The notes beneath the pieces are model-generated. The model saw only the letters and a list, made by a program, of their open reading frames with translations, made no database searches and had not been told where the DNA came from. DNA of 64,000 nucleotides from an uncultured Coxiella sp. (GTDB taxonomy: Bacteria > Pseudomonadota > Gammaproteobacteria > Coxiellales > Coxiellaceae): the NCBI GenBank assembly GCA_902623005.1, contig CACNSC010000003.1, positions 34,610 to 98,609 of the forward strand, written 5' to 3'. The position numbers and the translations under genes are program-made. Position 1 is the stretch's first letter; each line of letters starts with the position of its first letter. Positions 29,991 through 39,862 of the stretch are shown one piece after another.

Positions 29991-31250
29991 TTAGCTTAGA
30001 ATAGTTTTTAGAACAAAGAAGTAAATGGCAGATAATACCGCTCCAGCCGGTACTGTAACTAGCCATGAGGCGAGAATATTCCTCACAACGTTTAGATTTA
30101 TCGCGCCAATACCACGAGCAAGTCCGACGCCTAAAACGCCACCTACTAAAGTTTGTGTGGTTGAGATCGGTAAGCCAAATCCTGATGCAAGAATCACGGT
30201 ACTTGCTGTCGCTAACTGCGCAGCGAAACCCCTGCTGGGGGTGAGTTGTGTTATTTCTGAACCTACGGTTGCAATCACCTTGTGACCGTACATGGCTAAA
30301 CCAGTCACAATACCCAAAGCACCAAATGGCATGATCCATAAAGGTAATGGGTTGGTCTGTGAGATGATGCCATGGTTTTGCACCAGGTTTATCACAGCAG
30401 CTAAAGGACCAATCGCATTGGCAACGTCATTTGAGCCGTGTGCAAATGCCATGGCACATGCCGTGAAGACCATGAGCACCGCAAAAATCTTCTCCAGCAA
30501 CGGTGTGTTGAGTCGCGGGTGACCCTCATCGGGTAATCGAATTTGGCGCAGACCTACCAGGCCGATTAAGCCACCAATAATACTAATGAGGATGGAGGCA
30601 CTGACTTCTTCAAACAAGTTAAAGGGTAGATTAATGTGTTTGAGACCGGAGATGATGGTGACAATACTTATCACAAAGGTCACCAGGCTAATATAGATCG
30701 GGACAATCTTTTTTGCTTGTTTGAGTGGGGTATGTGAATCAAAGATAAAGCACTGCACGCTCTTAAACAGTAGGAATGCAATCAATCCAGATAATACCGG
30801 GGTAATGATCCAGCTGAGCACGATATTAACGATCATGATCCATTTGATGGCATGCAGCGGTGTACAAAAAACCGCAAAACCAATGATGGCACCAATGATA
30901 CTGTGAGTGGTTGAGACTGGCCAACCAAAACAAGTCGCGATCAGCAGCCATGAGCCGGTTGCTAGCAAGGCAGCAAGCATACCGTACACCAGTATTTGAG
31001 GTTGGTGACTAAAAATTTCTGGAGGGATGATGCCTTTACTGATAGTGCTTGTGACCTGTCCACCAGCAAGAATCGCACCCAAAGATTCAAACACGGCAGC
31101 AATCAGTATGGCTTGTGCCACAGTAATGGCCTTGGAACCGACTGATGTGCCTATGGCATTGGCCACGTCATTTGCGCCAACCCCCCAGGCCATGAAAAAG
31201 GCAAATATGATTGCTAATAGAATCAGTAAAGCGCCGTGTTCCATGCACAA
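29991..31250 (-). CDS. pit: PiT-family inorganic phosphate transporter
   Basis: The duplicated GANDVANAIGTSVGS / GSNDVANAIGPL signatures are present in a 419-aa polytopic protein. Confidence 0.93.
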   Translation of the reverse strand: MCMEHGALLILLAIIFAFFMAWGVGANDVANAIGTSVGSKAITVAQAILIAAVFESLGAILAGGQVTSTISKGIIPPEIFSHQPQILVYGMLAALLATGSWLLIATCFGWPVSTTHSIIGAIIGFAVFCTPLHAIKWIMIVNIVLSWIITPVLSGLIAFLLFKSVQCFIFDSHTPLKQAKKIVPIYISLVTFVISIVTIISGLKHINLPFNLFEEVSASILISIIGGLIGLVGLRQIRLPDEGHPRLNTPLLEKIFAVLMVFTACAMAFAHGSNDVANAIGPLAAVINLVQNHGIISQTNPLPLWIMPFGALGIVTGLAMYGHKVIATVGSEITQLTPSRGFAAQLATASTVILASGFGLPISTTQTLVGGVLGVGLARGIGAINLNVVRNILASWLVTVPAGAVLSAIYFFVLKTILS

Positions 31251-31352
31251 GATCCATGGTGGATAAGTAGGCCGGTAAACATAGCACGCAGTTTACGGAT
31301 AGACAAGGTAACCCCCGCCAATCCAATACCTGTCTAAGTTGATCGATCGGGC

Positions 31353-32078
31353 TTAGGTTTTGGCTTGATTGAGTATCGTGGTCAGCAAGCTACTGGCACC
31401 AAATCGCAGGTGCTTGGGTGAGATCCATGCTGCCCCCATTTGCTGAGTTATGTGCTGCCAATAAGTGTGTGCAATCTGAGGATCTTTAATGCCACCAGAC
31501 AATTTGATACCAACCTCGCAATCGGGTCGAGACTGTATTGCCTGGCACAAAACAGCAGCTGCCTCAAGACTAGCGCCAATTGCGATTTTGCCGGTGGAGG
31601 TTTTTAAGAAGTCTGCCCCGCAATCAATTGCGAGCAATGCCGCATCCAACATTGCTGACTCAGATGTAAACGAGCCAGTTTCTAGAATCACTTTTAGACA
31701 CAGCTGCTGGCATTGTTGGCGGCATGAGGCTAAGTAATGCTCGACGAACGTGTGCTGACCGTCTTGCAGTGCCTGGTAGGGTATAACTAAGTCAATCTCG
31801 TTTGCACCGGCGGCAATGGCTTGATCAATTTGCTGTTGCGTAGCTTTCAATGCTTGATTGCCAGTGGGAAAGTTGGCCACAGTGGCCACTTTAATCGTGG
31901 TGTGCTGTAACTGATCGACCGCGACAGTGACATGTTCTGGTGGAATACAAACAGCGGCAACATTGCCAAACACGGTTTGAGCTTGCCGACATAGGGCGAT
32001 GATTTGCTCGGTTGAATTATCTTGCTCCAGCCGAGTCAAATCAATGTGGGCAATGTATGTTGTGTAATCAGGAGACAT
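31353..32078 (-). CDS. deoC: Deoxyribose-phosphate aldolase
   Basis: It has IDLVIPY, KVILETG and FLKTSTGK (Schiff-base Lys). I chose the ATG at 32078 (MSPDYTTY...), which abuts the punA stop. The longer start would overlap by 71 nt. Confidence 0.85.
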   Translation of the reverse strand: MSPDYTTYIAHIDLTRLEQDNSTEQIIALCRQAQTVFGNVAAVCIPPEHVTVAVDQLQHTTIKVATVANFPTGNQALKATQQQIDQAIAAGANEIDLVIPYQALQDGQHTFVEHYLASCRQQCQQLCLKVILETGSFTSESAMLDAALLAIDCGADFLKTSTGKIAIGASLEAAAVLCQAIQSRPDCEVGIKLSGGIKDPQIAHTYWQHITQQMGAAWISPKHLRFGASSLLTTILNQAKT

Positions 32079-32079
32079 C

Positions 32080-32904
32080 TCAAGCAGCAGAGTAATCTTG
32101 GATAAACTGTAAAACCAGTTGCTGAAGTTTTTCTGCTCCAAGTTTGGCACCTCTTAGGGTGACTTCATGAGATAGCGGCTCTGGCGATAGCCCAGCTGCT
32201 AGGTTGGTGACTACGGAGACGGCAGCTGTCTTCATGCCGCAATGATGGGCTGTGACAATGTCAGGAATAGTTGACATGCCAACGACATCAGCGCCTAAGG
32301 TTTTGAAAGCACGGATTTCAGCCGGTGTCTCGAATGTGGGCCCTAATGTGCCGATATAGACACCTTCGTGTAGCTTGATTGCTAATGATTGTGCTGCGTC
32401 TGATAGTGCTGATCGCAGTGCGGGATTATAAATATCTTCCATGCCCAGAAAGCGTGGTCCAAATTCATCATCATTGGGACCACAGAGTGGGTTATTGAAC
32501 TGCAAGTTAATATGGTCATTGATCAGTACCAAATTTCCTGGTGTGACCTCAACATTGAGCGAGCCCGCGGCGTTAGTTGCCAGTAGCGCTTCAGCTCCTA
32601 AGAGTTTCATGGTGCGGATCATGGTTTGAGTAGCAGAATTATCAACGCCCTCGTAGAGGTGGACTCGGCCCTGCAAGCAAACAACGGGTGTGCCATGAAT
32701 AGTACCTAGGTGAAGGTGTCCACCATGACCAGCAACAGTACATTCTGGAAAGCCTGGCAAGTCTTGATACGGAAAAACGCTGGCTTGTTCGATATGTGAA
32801 ACAAAATCACCCAGGCCAGAGCCGAGAATAATTGCAATACGAGGCTTGAAGCCAGGTCGTTGTTCTTGCAGGTACTTTGCGGCTTTTTTAGCGAGTTGGG
32901 TCAT
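32080..32904 (-). CDS. punA: Purine nucleoside phosphorylase (PNP-I / PunA type)
   Basis: The 274-aa protein has IAIILGSGLG, GHGGHLHLG, GR.H.YEG and MSTIPDIVTAHHCG, typical of trimeric PNPs. Confidence 0.88.
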   Translation of the reverse strand: MTQLAKKAAKYLQEQRPGFKPRIAIILGSGLGDFVSHIEQASVFPYQDLPGFPECTVAGHGGHLHLGTIHGTPVVCLQGRVHLYEGVDNSATQTMIRTMKLLGAEALLATNAAGSLNVEVTPGNLVLINDHINLQFNNPLCGPNDDEFGPRFLGMEDIYNPALRSALSDAAQSLAIKLHEGVYIGTLGPTFETPAEIRAFKTLGADVVGMSTIPDIVTAHHCGMKTAAVSVVTNLAAGLSPEPLSHEVTLRGAKLGAEKLQQLVLQFIQDYSAA

Positions 32905-33305
32905 GGTTTTTCCTCTTGGGGTAAATCAAATGAGTAAGGCAGTAGCTCTTGCAGCGAAGTTAATTGGTATTGCCCATTCACAGTGCAGAGGTGTATTGGT
33001 AGTTCTAGACCAGCAAACTCTTGCAGGCATTGGCGACATGCGCCGCACGGCGTGCAAAGCGTTGTTTGATCGACCAATACTACAACCTCGGTAATCTGTT
33101 TGTGGCCAGCACAGATGGCATGAATGATAGCGTTTTTTTCGGCACATGATGATAGTGGATAAGAGGCATTCTCAACATTGCAAGCAGCAAAGCATTCACC
33201 GGATCGAGTGCGCACGCTTGCAGCAACGTGGAAACGGGAATAAGGAGCATATGCTCTGGGTAGAGTTTCAAGGGCAAGTTGATACAAGTCTTGAGGTGCT
33301 GACAT
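32901..33305 (-). CDS. cdd: Cytidine deaminase
   Basis: The 134-aa protein has the zinc motifs CAEKNAI and PCGACRQ. Confidence 0.9.
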   Translation of the reverse strand: MSAPQDLYQLALETLPRAYAPYSRFHVAASVRTRSGECFAACNVENASYPLSSCAEKNAIIHAICAGHKQITEVVVLVDQTTLCTPCGACRQCLQEFAGLELPIHLCTVNGQYQLTSLQELLPYSFDLPQEEKP

Positions 33306-33330
33306 GATAGATGTGTCTATGGTTTTGGTT

Positions 33331-34002
33331 TTAGTTGGCAGTCAGCATCATGATACGGTTACCGACTCGCTGTGCACAATCGGCTAATTCACCGATTTTG
33401 TCAATGATGCCGTAGAAGAAGATAACATCAACTGGTGGGAGACTCGCCTCTAATTCAAACAGCTGGCTGCGCAAAGTGACTTGTATGTCATCATTGCTGG
33501 TTTCTAGCTCTCTAAGGGTGGTGTGTAACTTATCAATGTAGTCAACTTCACGACCGCGAAAACCTGACTCTAATAAGTTGTCTAATTCCTGGCTAATGGT
33601 GTTGGCTTGGTCGGCAGCGGCGATTGCTGTTGTTAAAAAGTCTTCAAAGGTGTCTATTAATGATGGTGGTACTTCAGTTTTTCTTCCGATCACTAGTCCA
33701 GTAATGTCCTTGGTCAGATTAGCTAGTACGTCTTGACTAGCCACGAGGTCAAATAGTTCAAAGCGTGAGAAGGGTAGTAGCCAGTTTCGAGGTAAGTGCG
33801 TGCGAAAGTGCATCTTTATGTCATCAGCTTCATGCTCGTAGTCTGAGATACGTTTGCGGCAAGATTTAACAGTATCCCAATCATGCGCAAGCACACCTTT
33901 AAAAAACGGTTTTAAGGTTTGGACGCAGGCGTTAACTGTAGTCATGTGGTGTTGCAGCGGAGCTATTGGAGAGCTAGCAAACATTTTTAAGATACTGGAC
34001 AT
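33331..34002 (-). CDS. DUF47/PhoU-like phosphate transport regulator (TIGR00153 type, the usual PiT partner)
   Basis: The 223-aa all-helical protein has EHEADDIK and a size and composition typical of the YkaA/DUF47 family that normally precedes pit. Confidence 0.7.
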   Translation of the reverse strand: MSSILKMFASSPIAPLQHHMTTVNACVQTLKPFFKGVLAHDWDTVKSCRKRISDYEHEADDIKMHFRTHLPRNWLLPFSRFELFDLVASQDVLANLTKDITGLVIGRKTEVPPSLIDTFEDFLTTAIAAADQANTISQELDNLLESGFRGREVDYIDKLHTTLRELETSNDDIQVTLRSQLFELEASLPPVDVIFFYGIIDKIGELADCAQRVGNRIMMLTAN

Positions 34003-34072
34003 AACATGGGTTCCTTAAGCCAAGGGCAGTCATATTAACATAACCAATGGTGGTTTTTAAGGCGATGAAGCA

Positions 34073-34624
34073 TTACTTGATGTTGGTTTCATTCATATAG
34101 TAGTTTGAGCGTTTAACATCCAGCGCTTGGGGGCCTTTGTCACCAAGGAACTCATGAAATTCTACCGTATCACCAATGTTGAGTTTATTGTAATCGCCGT
34201 GTAGAACACCGTGTTGATTGAAATAGAACTCCTCACCAGAAGGATCTTCGATAAAACCAAAGTCATCAATTAATCGGACAACCTTTCCGTGGAAAATGTG
34301 TTCGCGCGAGTGTGGGTGCTCGGATTGCTGCAACCAGCTTTTTAATTGATTTTCGATAATCCCAAAGGCGTCTTGAATGATAACGTAGAGATTTTCTTCG
34401 CCGTGGTGCTTACTCACCATGTTTTTTCCTGGCACGGTTAAGGTAATCGTGACACAAAATACTTTATTTTTATTGTGAGAGTTTTGTTCTAGATCGACAA
34501 CGATATGGCAACTGATGACTAAGGCGCATAATATTTCCAAGCGCTTAAGGTTAAGTGCAATGTGATTCATTAAAGCAGGAGTTCGTTCTAAGTGTCTAAA
34601 TTCGATGATGGGTTCTTGTTGCAT
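34073..34624 (-). CDS. HPF/RaiA-like domain fused to a cold-shock domain
   Basis: Residues ~5-100 fit the RaiA/HPF pattern (IEFRHLERTPALMNHIALNLKRLE...HIVVD...VTITLTVPG...LYVIIQDAFGIIENQL). Residues ~112-175 form a CSD (GKVVRLIDDFGFIEDPSGEEFYFNQHGV...GDTVEF...GPQALDV). Confidence 0.65.
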   Translation of the reverse strand: MQQEPIIEFRHLERTPALMNHIALNLKRLEILCALVISCHIVVDLEQNSHNKNKVFCVTITLTVPGKNMVSKHHGEENLYVIIQDAFGIIENQLKSWLQQSEHPHSREHIFHGKVVRLIDDFGFIEDPSGEEFYFNQHGVLHGDYNKLNIGDTVEFHEFLGDKGPQALDVKRSNYYMNETNIK

Positions 34625-34821
34625 GTTTTTCCTCCTTTGTGGTGCATTTGGCGTAGTGTGTGATTTACCTCCTGAGTGTGTTATTTCAATTGTTACAAAC
34701 TTATTATAGGTGAAATTTTAATTTTTTTCACCAGTTTTTAAAATTATAGTGTTTTAACAGCAAGTTATCGGTGCTTCCTGGCGAAATCTAAAGGCGTGTT
34801 GATGTTAGCACCGATAAAGTT

Positions 34822-36633
34822 TTACTCCACCGTTACTGATTTGGCCAAGTTGCGCGGTTGATCGACATCGGTACCTTTTGCAACCGCGATGTGATAAGCC
34901 AATAATTGCAGTGGGATGGTATAGATTAGGGGCTCTAAAATAGCGGCAACGGCGGGCATTGGGATCAAGGTCACGTTTTGTTGCGACCAGAAATCAATGG
35001 CATCACTAACCACAAAAACCTCACCTTCACGCGCTTGTATTTCTTGCACGTTGGAGCACATCTTTTTAAACAAGGCATTGTTTGGTGCCAGAACTACGGT
35101 TGGCATGTGTTGGTCAACTAAAGCTAAAGTGCCGTGTTTGAGCTCTCCTGCTGCGTATGCCTCGGCATGGCAGTAAGAGATTTCTTTAAGTTTTAATGCA
35201 CCTTCCATCGCGATCGGATGTAAAGCACCTCTAGCTATGTATAGCGCACTGGATTTGTCTGTGAAACGGTGTGCTAACGCTGCAATTGAGCTGTCGAGTT
35301 GTAGTGCTGTCTCAATCGCTTGGGTGATTGTATCAAGGCATACTGTTGGTTGGTTCGGGCAATTGCGCAAAGTTGCCAGAGTTGAGGTCAGTAGTAGTAA
35401 TGCGGTTAATTGCGTGATGAAAGTTTTTGTAGCGGCCACGCCGATTTCAGTACCAGCTTGGGTGATGAAGTGGAGATCGGTTTCGCGCACCAAAGTACTG
35501 GTGGCGACGTTACAAATGCTCAGTGTTGCGAGATATGATAATTGTTTGGCTAAGCTCAATGCCGCTAATGTGTCTGCCGTTTCACCCGACTGCGAGAGTG
35601 CGACGAATAATGTATCGGCTTCGACCACGTTATCACGGTAGCGGTATTCACTGGCAATTTCGACTGAGCAAGGCAGTTGCGCGTAGCTTTGAATCCAGTG
35701 GCTGGCAACTAGAGCGGCATGGTAGCTCGTGCCACAAGCAATCAATGTAATACGCCGAGTTTTTTTAAAGATGGCCTCGGCTTGGTGGCCAAAGGCGGTA
35801 ACTTCAATCTTACCGTTGGTGAGGTGTTGAATCAGTGTATCTCGAATGCTTTGCGGTTGCTGATAGATTTCTTTTTGCATGAAGTGGCGAAAATGGCCTT
35901 TCGTGGTGTCTTGTACCTGGGCCTCACAATCAACAATGGTGCGCTCAACGGCATGGCCTTGCTGGTCAAAGATTTGTACGTCTTTGATGGTCAATTGAGC
36001 GACGTCGCCGTCTTCTAGAAAAAGGTGTTGTTGCGTCACTGCAAGCAGCGCCACCGAATCAGAGGCTATAAAATGCTCCTCGATACCCACACCGATGACA
36101 AGAGGGCTGCCGTTTCTAGCGGCATACAGCGTGTCGGGCTGATCTTTGAAAAGGATGCCCAGCGCGTAAGCCCCCTCAAGATGTTCACTGAGCTGCTGCA
36201 CAGCAAGCAATGGGTTGTTGCATTGTTGCCATAAGTCATACAGTAGATGCGACACGACTTCTGTATCTGTATCTGATTGAAAAATGTATCCTTTTTCAAT
36301 TAATGTTTGTTTTAGTGCAAGGTGATTTTCAATAATACCGTTGTGCACTACCGCGACTTGGTTGTGTGATAAATGAGGGTGGGCGTTTTTTTGACATGGT
36401 TCACCATGAGTTGCCCAGCGGGTGTGTGCGATACCCAAATGCTCAGGACGCAGCGCTTGATCCACTTGCTCTGCTAGCTGAGCCACTTTGCCGGCAGTGC
36501 GGACGGTAGATAAGCTTTGATCTAATAGGCAGACGCCGGCTGAATCGTAGCCGCGATATTCCAACCGAGACAGGCCCTCGATTAAAACCGGGGTCACTGG
36601 GCGTTGCGCGATAGCGCCGACAATTCCACACAT
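34822..36633 (-). CDS. glmS: Glutamine-fructose-6-phosphate aminotransferase
   Basis: The start MCGIVGA (ATG 36633) is preceded by AAGGAG, and the protein ends in the typical C-terminus NLAKSVTVE. Confidence 0.97.
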   Translation of the reverse strand: MCGIVGAIAQRPVTPVLIEGLSRLEYRGYDSAGVCLLDQSLSTVRTAGKVAQLAEQVDQALRPEHLGIAHTRWATHGEPCQKNAHPHLSHNQVAVVHNGIIENHLALKQTLIEKGYIFQSDTDTEVVSHLLYDLWQQCNNPLLAVQQLSEHLEGAYALGILFKDQPDTLYAARNGSPLVIGVGIEEHFIASDSVALLAVTQQHLFLEDGDVAQLTIKDVQIFDQQGHAVERTIVDCEAQVQDTTKGHFRHFMQKEIYQQPQSIRDTLIQHLTNGKIEVTAFGHQAEAIFKKTRRITLIACGTSYHAALVASHWIQSYAQLPCSVEIASEYRYRDNVVEADTLFVALSQSGETADTLAALSLAKQLSYLATLSICNVATSTLVRETDLHFITQAGTEIGVAATKTFITQLTALLLLTSTLATLRNCPNQPTVCLDTITQAIETALQLDSSIAALAHRFTDKSSALYIARGALHPIAMEGALKLKEISYCHAEAYAAGELKHGTLALVDQHMPTVVLAPNNALFKKMCSNVQEIQAREGEVFVVSDAIDFWSQQNVTLIPMPAVAAILEPLIYTIPLQLLAYHIAVAKGTDVDQPRNLAKSVTVE

Positions 36634-36772
36634 AAGCCGCTCCTTGAATAAAGTCCTGGATAATAACCGAATTTCTTTCAAATATGAAATATCCTCGCCA
36701 GTCTCTCAGTGGATCTGGCGCGCAAGACTCGGTATGATGGCCATCAATTTAATCCAGGTTAGGGATAAAATC

Positions 36773-38788
36773 ATGAAGCAAGCTAGACAAGAGTATGCCA
36801 ATGCTATCAGGGCCCTTGCAATGGATGCAGTGCAACAGGCTAACTCCGGTCACCCGGGTATGCCAATGGGCATGGCCGACATTGCCGAGGTATTGTGGAA
36901 TCAGTGCTTGCGTTTTAATCCTAGTCATCCTGAGTGGATGAATCGTGATCGCTTTGTGTTGTCCAATGGTCACGGCTCTATGCTGCTGTATGCTGTGTTG
37001 CATTTGACGGGGTACGATCTTTCCATTGACGATCTAAAGCAGTTTCGTCAGTTGCACTCAAAAACACCGGGGCATCCTGAGTATGGCCACACGCCAGGAG
37101 TGGAAACCACCACCGGTCCACTGGGCCAAGGCTTAGCTAACGCGATTGGGATGGCGATCGCAGAGGCGCGTTTGGCGGCTGAGTTTAATCGTCCTAATTT
37201 TGACATCGTTGATCACAACACCTACGCCTTTGTTGGCGATGGTTGCTTAATGGAAGGTTTGTCGCATGAGGCTTGCTCACTGGCAGGAACGCTGCAGCTT
37301 GGTAAGCTGATTGTGATTTATGATGATAACGGTATCTCCATCGATGGCGATGTAGCGGCATGGTTCAGCGAGGATGTATCGGCACGTTTTCAAGCCTATC
37401 ACTGGCAGGTGATTAAGGACGTTGACGGGCATGATGCAGAGGCAATTCACCAAGCTATCTTAGCGGCACAAGTCGATACCGATCGTCCATCATTGATTTG
37501 CTGTCGCACACAGATAGGTTTTGGCTCTCCCAATGCTGTTGGCACTGCTGAGGTTCATGGGGCTCCATTGGGGGCGGCCGAAATCGCACAAACCAAAGCT
37601 GCATTGGATTGGCCACATGCCGCGTTTGAGATTCCATCAGCGGTATATCAACACTGGGACGGTAAAGCGCGGGGAGCACAGCTTGAGGCGGATTGGAATG
37701 CATTGTTTGCCGCTTATGAGCAGCAATACCCGGATTTAGCCCAGGCTTTTTTGCGTCGTCAACACGGTGAGTTGCCAGCAGATTTTTTTCATGCCACAAC
37801 TCAAGCGTGGTTGGGCTTTCAAGCCGACCCCAAAGCGACGGCAACCCGTAAAGCATCCCAACAATGCTTGGAGGTCATTGCTGAGCACGTTCCAGAGCTA
37901 TTCGGTGGCTCAGCGGATCTCAGTGGATCTAATTGCACCCTGACATCGTCGAGTTCAGCCTATACACCGGCTCATCCTAAAGGTAACTACCTGCACTACG
38001 GTGTCCGTGAGTTAGCCATGAGCGCAATCATGAATGGTATTGCACTGCACGGTGGTTTGATTCCGTTTGGCGGTACTTTTCTTGTGTTTAGTGACTATGC
38101 GCGCAGTGCCATCCGACTCAGTGCATTAATGAAAACACGCGTGGTTTACGTGCTAACCCATGACTCCATTGGTGTCGGTGAGGATGGTCCAACGCATCAG
38201 CCGGTTGAACAGCTGGCAGCACTGCGCCTAATTCCTCAGCTGCAAGTCTGGCGCCCTGCGAGTGCAGCTGAAACGTTGGTGGCTTGGCGATCAGCGTGTG
38301 AGTATCAAGGTCCAAGTTGTTTGGCCTTATCCAGACAAGAGATGCCAGCCATTAGCCGTAGTGTCGATATGGCAGAGATGAGTCGAGGTGGTTATATCGC
38401 ATATCAAGCACCCGGTGACACTGACTGTTTGATTATGGCTTCTGGCTCAGAGGTCGGTATTGCGCTGCGTGCAGCACAAGTGTTAGAGCAAGAGGGTGTT
38501 GCTGCTCGAGTGATTTCAGTACCTTGCCTAGAGCGTTTGGCAGAGCAGCCGGCAGAGGTGTTGGCGAGTTTGATGCCACGTTCTGTTGAGGCGCGTCTTG
38601 CTATTGAGGCCGGTATTGGCTTACCGTGGCGTCCTTGGGTGGGTGATCGCGGCGATGTGCTCTCAATCGAGCAGTTTGGTTATTCTGCTCCAGCGAAGCA
38701 TGTGTTCGATGCGGTTGGATTGACTGTCGAGCGCGCCGTTAAGGCGCTGCAAGTTTTGCTGGCTCAGCGAACAACACGAATGCAATAG
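36773..38788 (+). CDS. tkt: Transketolase
   Basis: I chose the ATG at 36773 (MKQARQEYANAIRALAMDAVQQANSGHPG), which follows AGGGA. The TPP motif GDGCLMEG is present. Confidence 0.96.
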   Translation: MKQARQEYANAIRALAMDAVQQANSGHPGMPMGMADIAEVLWNQCLRFNPSHPEWMNRDRFVLSNGHGSMLLYAVLHLTGYDLSIDDLKQFRQLHSKTPGHPEYGHTPGVETTTGPLGQGLANAIGMAIAEARLAAEFNRPNFDIVDHNTYAFVGDGCLMEGLSHEACSLAGTLQLGKLIVIYDDNGISIDGDVAAWFSEDVSARFQAYHWQVIKDVDGHDAEAIHQAILAAQVDTDRPSLICCRTQIGFGSPNAVGTAEVHGAPLGAAEIAQTKAALDWPHAAFEIPSAVYQHWDGKARGAQLEADWNALFAAYEQQYPDLAQAFLRRQHGELPADFFHATTQAWLGFQADPKATATRKASQQCLEVIAEHVPELFGGSADLSGSNCTLTSSSSAYTPAHPKGNYLHYGVRELAMSAIMNGIALHGGLIPFGGTFLVFSDYARSAIRLSALMKTRVVYVLTHDSIGVGEDGPTHQPVEQLAALRLIPQLQVWRPASAAETLVAWRSACEYQGPSCLALSRQEMPAISRSVDMAEMSRGGYIAYQAPGDTDCLIMASGSEVGIALRAAQVLEQEGVAARVISVPCLERLAEQPAEVLASLMPRSVEARLAIEAGIGLPWRPWVGDRGDVLSIEQFGYSAPAKHVFDAVGLTVERAVKALQVLLAQRTTRMQ

Positions 38789-38846
38789 TCTCACAACGTT
38801 GTGGGGTTTTGTGGTTTATACATTTAAATAATAGAAGGAGTTCATA

Positions 38847-39854
38847 ATGACAATAAAAGTAGCGATCAATGGTTTTGGTCGAATTGGCCGTAACGTTGCA
38901 CGAGCATTATTCGAGTCGGGTCAACATCACGAGATCCAGTTAGTCGCTATTAATGATCTTGGAAGTATTGAAACTAATGCGCATCTATTTCGTTACGACA
39001 GTGTGCATGGTCGTTTTCCAGGTGATGTCAGTGTTGAGAATGATCAGCTAGTCATCAATGGTCAGGCTATCAATGTTTACGCAGAGCGTAATCCTGCAGA
39101 ATTACCGTGGGGTGATTTGGATGTTGATGTGGTCATGGAGTGCACGGGCTTATTTGCTAGTCGAGAAAAAGCATCAGTGCACCTGCAAGGTGGCGCTAAG
39201 AAAGTCTTGATTTCAGCACCTGCCGGTAAAGACGTTGATGCAACCGTTGTTTATGGTGTCAATGACTCGGTGTTGAAAGCCAGTGATACGATTGTTTCTA
39301 ATGCGTCGTGTACAACAAACTGTTTAGCACCCATCGTGAAGCCGTTACATGATGCGTTTTCGATCACTAGTGGTTTGATGGTCACTATCCATGCTTACAC
39401 GAACGATCAGATGCTCTCAGACAGTTATCACTCTGACTTGCGTCGTGCACGCTCTGCAACGCAATCGATGATTCCAACTAAGACTGGGGCTGCGGCTGCT
39501 GTGGGTTTAGTGATGCCAGAACTGGATGGAAAGTTAGATGGTTATGCCATGCGTGTGCCTACCGTCAATGTTTCTGTAGTAGATCTAACTTTTACCACTG
39601 AAAAAGCCACCAATATCGATGAAATTAATGCAGTGATTAAGTCGGCAGCTCAAGGTGAGTTAGCTGGCGTATTGGCGTATAGCGATGAGCCATTGGTATC
39701 AATTGATTTCAATCATTGCCCAGCATCATCAACATTCGATGCCACGCAAACACGCCAGATGGAGCACTTGTATAAAGTGGTTTCTTGGTATGACAACGAG
39801 TGGGGTTTTTCTAATCGCATGTTGGATACGACGCGCGCGATGATGAGGGCGTAG
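38847..39854 (+). CDS. gap: Glyceraldehyde-3-phosphate dehydrogenase
   Basis: It has INGFGRIGR, the active site [12 protein letters not shown] and WYDNEWGFS. Confidence 0.97.
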   Translation: MTIKVAINGFGRIGRNVARALFESGQHHEIQLVAINDLGSIETNAHLFRYDSVHGRFPGDVSVENDQLVINGQAINVYAERNPAELPWGDLDVDVVMECTGLFASREKASVHLQGGAKKVLISAPAGKDVDATVVYGVNDSVLKASDTIVSNASCTTNCLAPIVKPLHDAFSITSGLMVTIHAYTNDQMLSDSYHSDLRRARSATQSMIPTKTGAAAAVGLVMPELDGKLDGYAMRVPTVNVSVVDLTFTTEKATNIDEINAVIKSAAQGELAGVLAYSDEPLVSIDFNHCPASSTFDATQTRQMEHLYKVVSWYDNEWGFSNRMLDTTRAMMRA

Positions 39855-39862
39855 TTAAATGA

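Noticed and set aside
36644-36772. Long N-terminal extensions implied by the ORF track for tkt (36644). The same applies to glmS (36681), efp (43223), deoC (32150), csrA (60407), hemD (1582), the TolC-like gene (46501), the adaptor (48018), BI-1 (24280) and LysR (23277).
   Set aside because: Internal ATGs with good Shine-Dalgarno sequences reproduce the canonical N-termini (MCGIVGA for glmS, MLVLTR for csr[10 protein letters not shown] for efp, and so on). They also remove overlaps with neighbouring genes.
38792-38810. Terminator between tkt and gap (CACAACGTTGTG palindrome followed by GGGTTTT)
   Set aside because: The palindrome leaves at most a 4-bp stem once a viable loop is allowed, and the U-tract is short. 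gap starts 58 nt after tkt and is probably co-transcribed.
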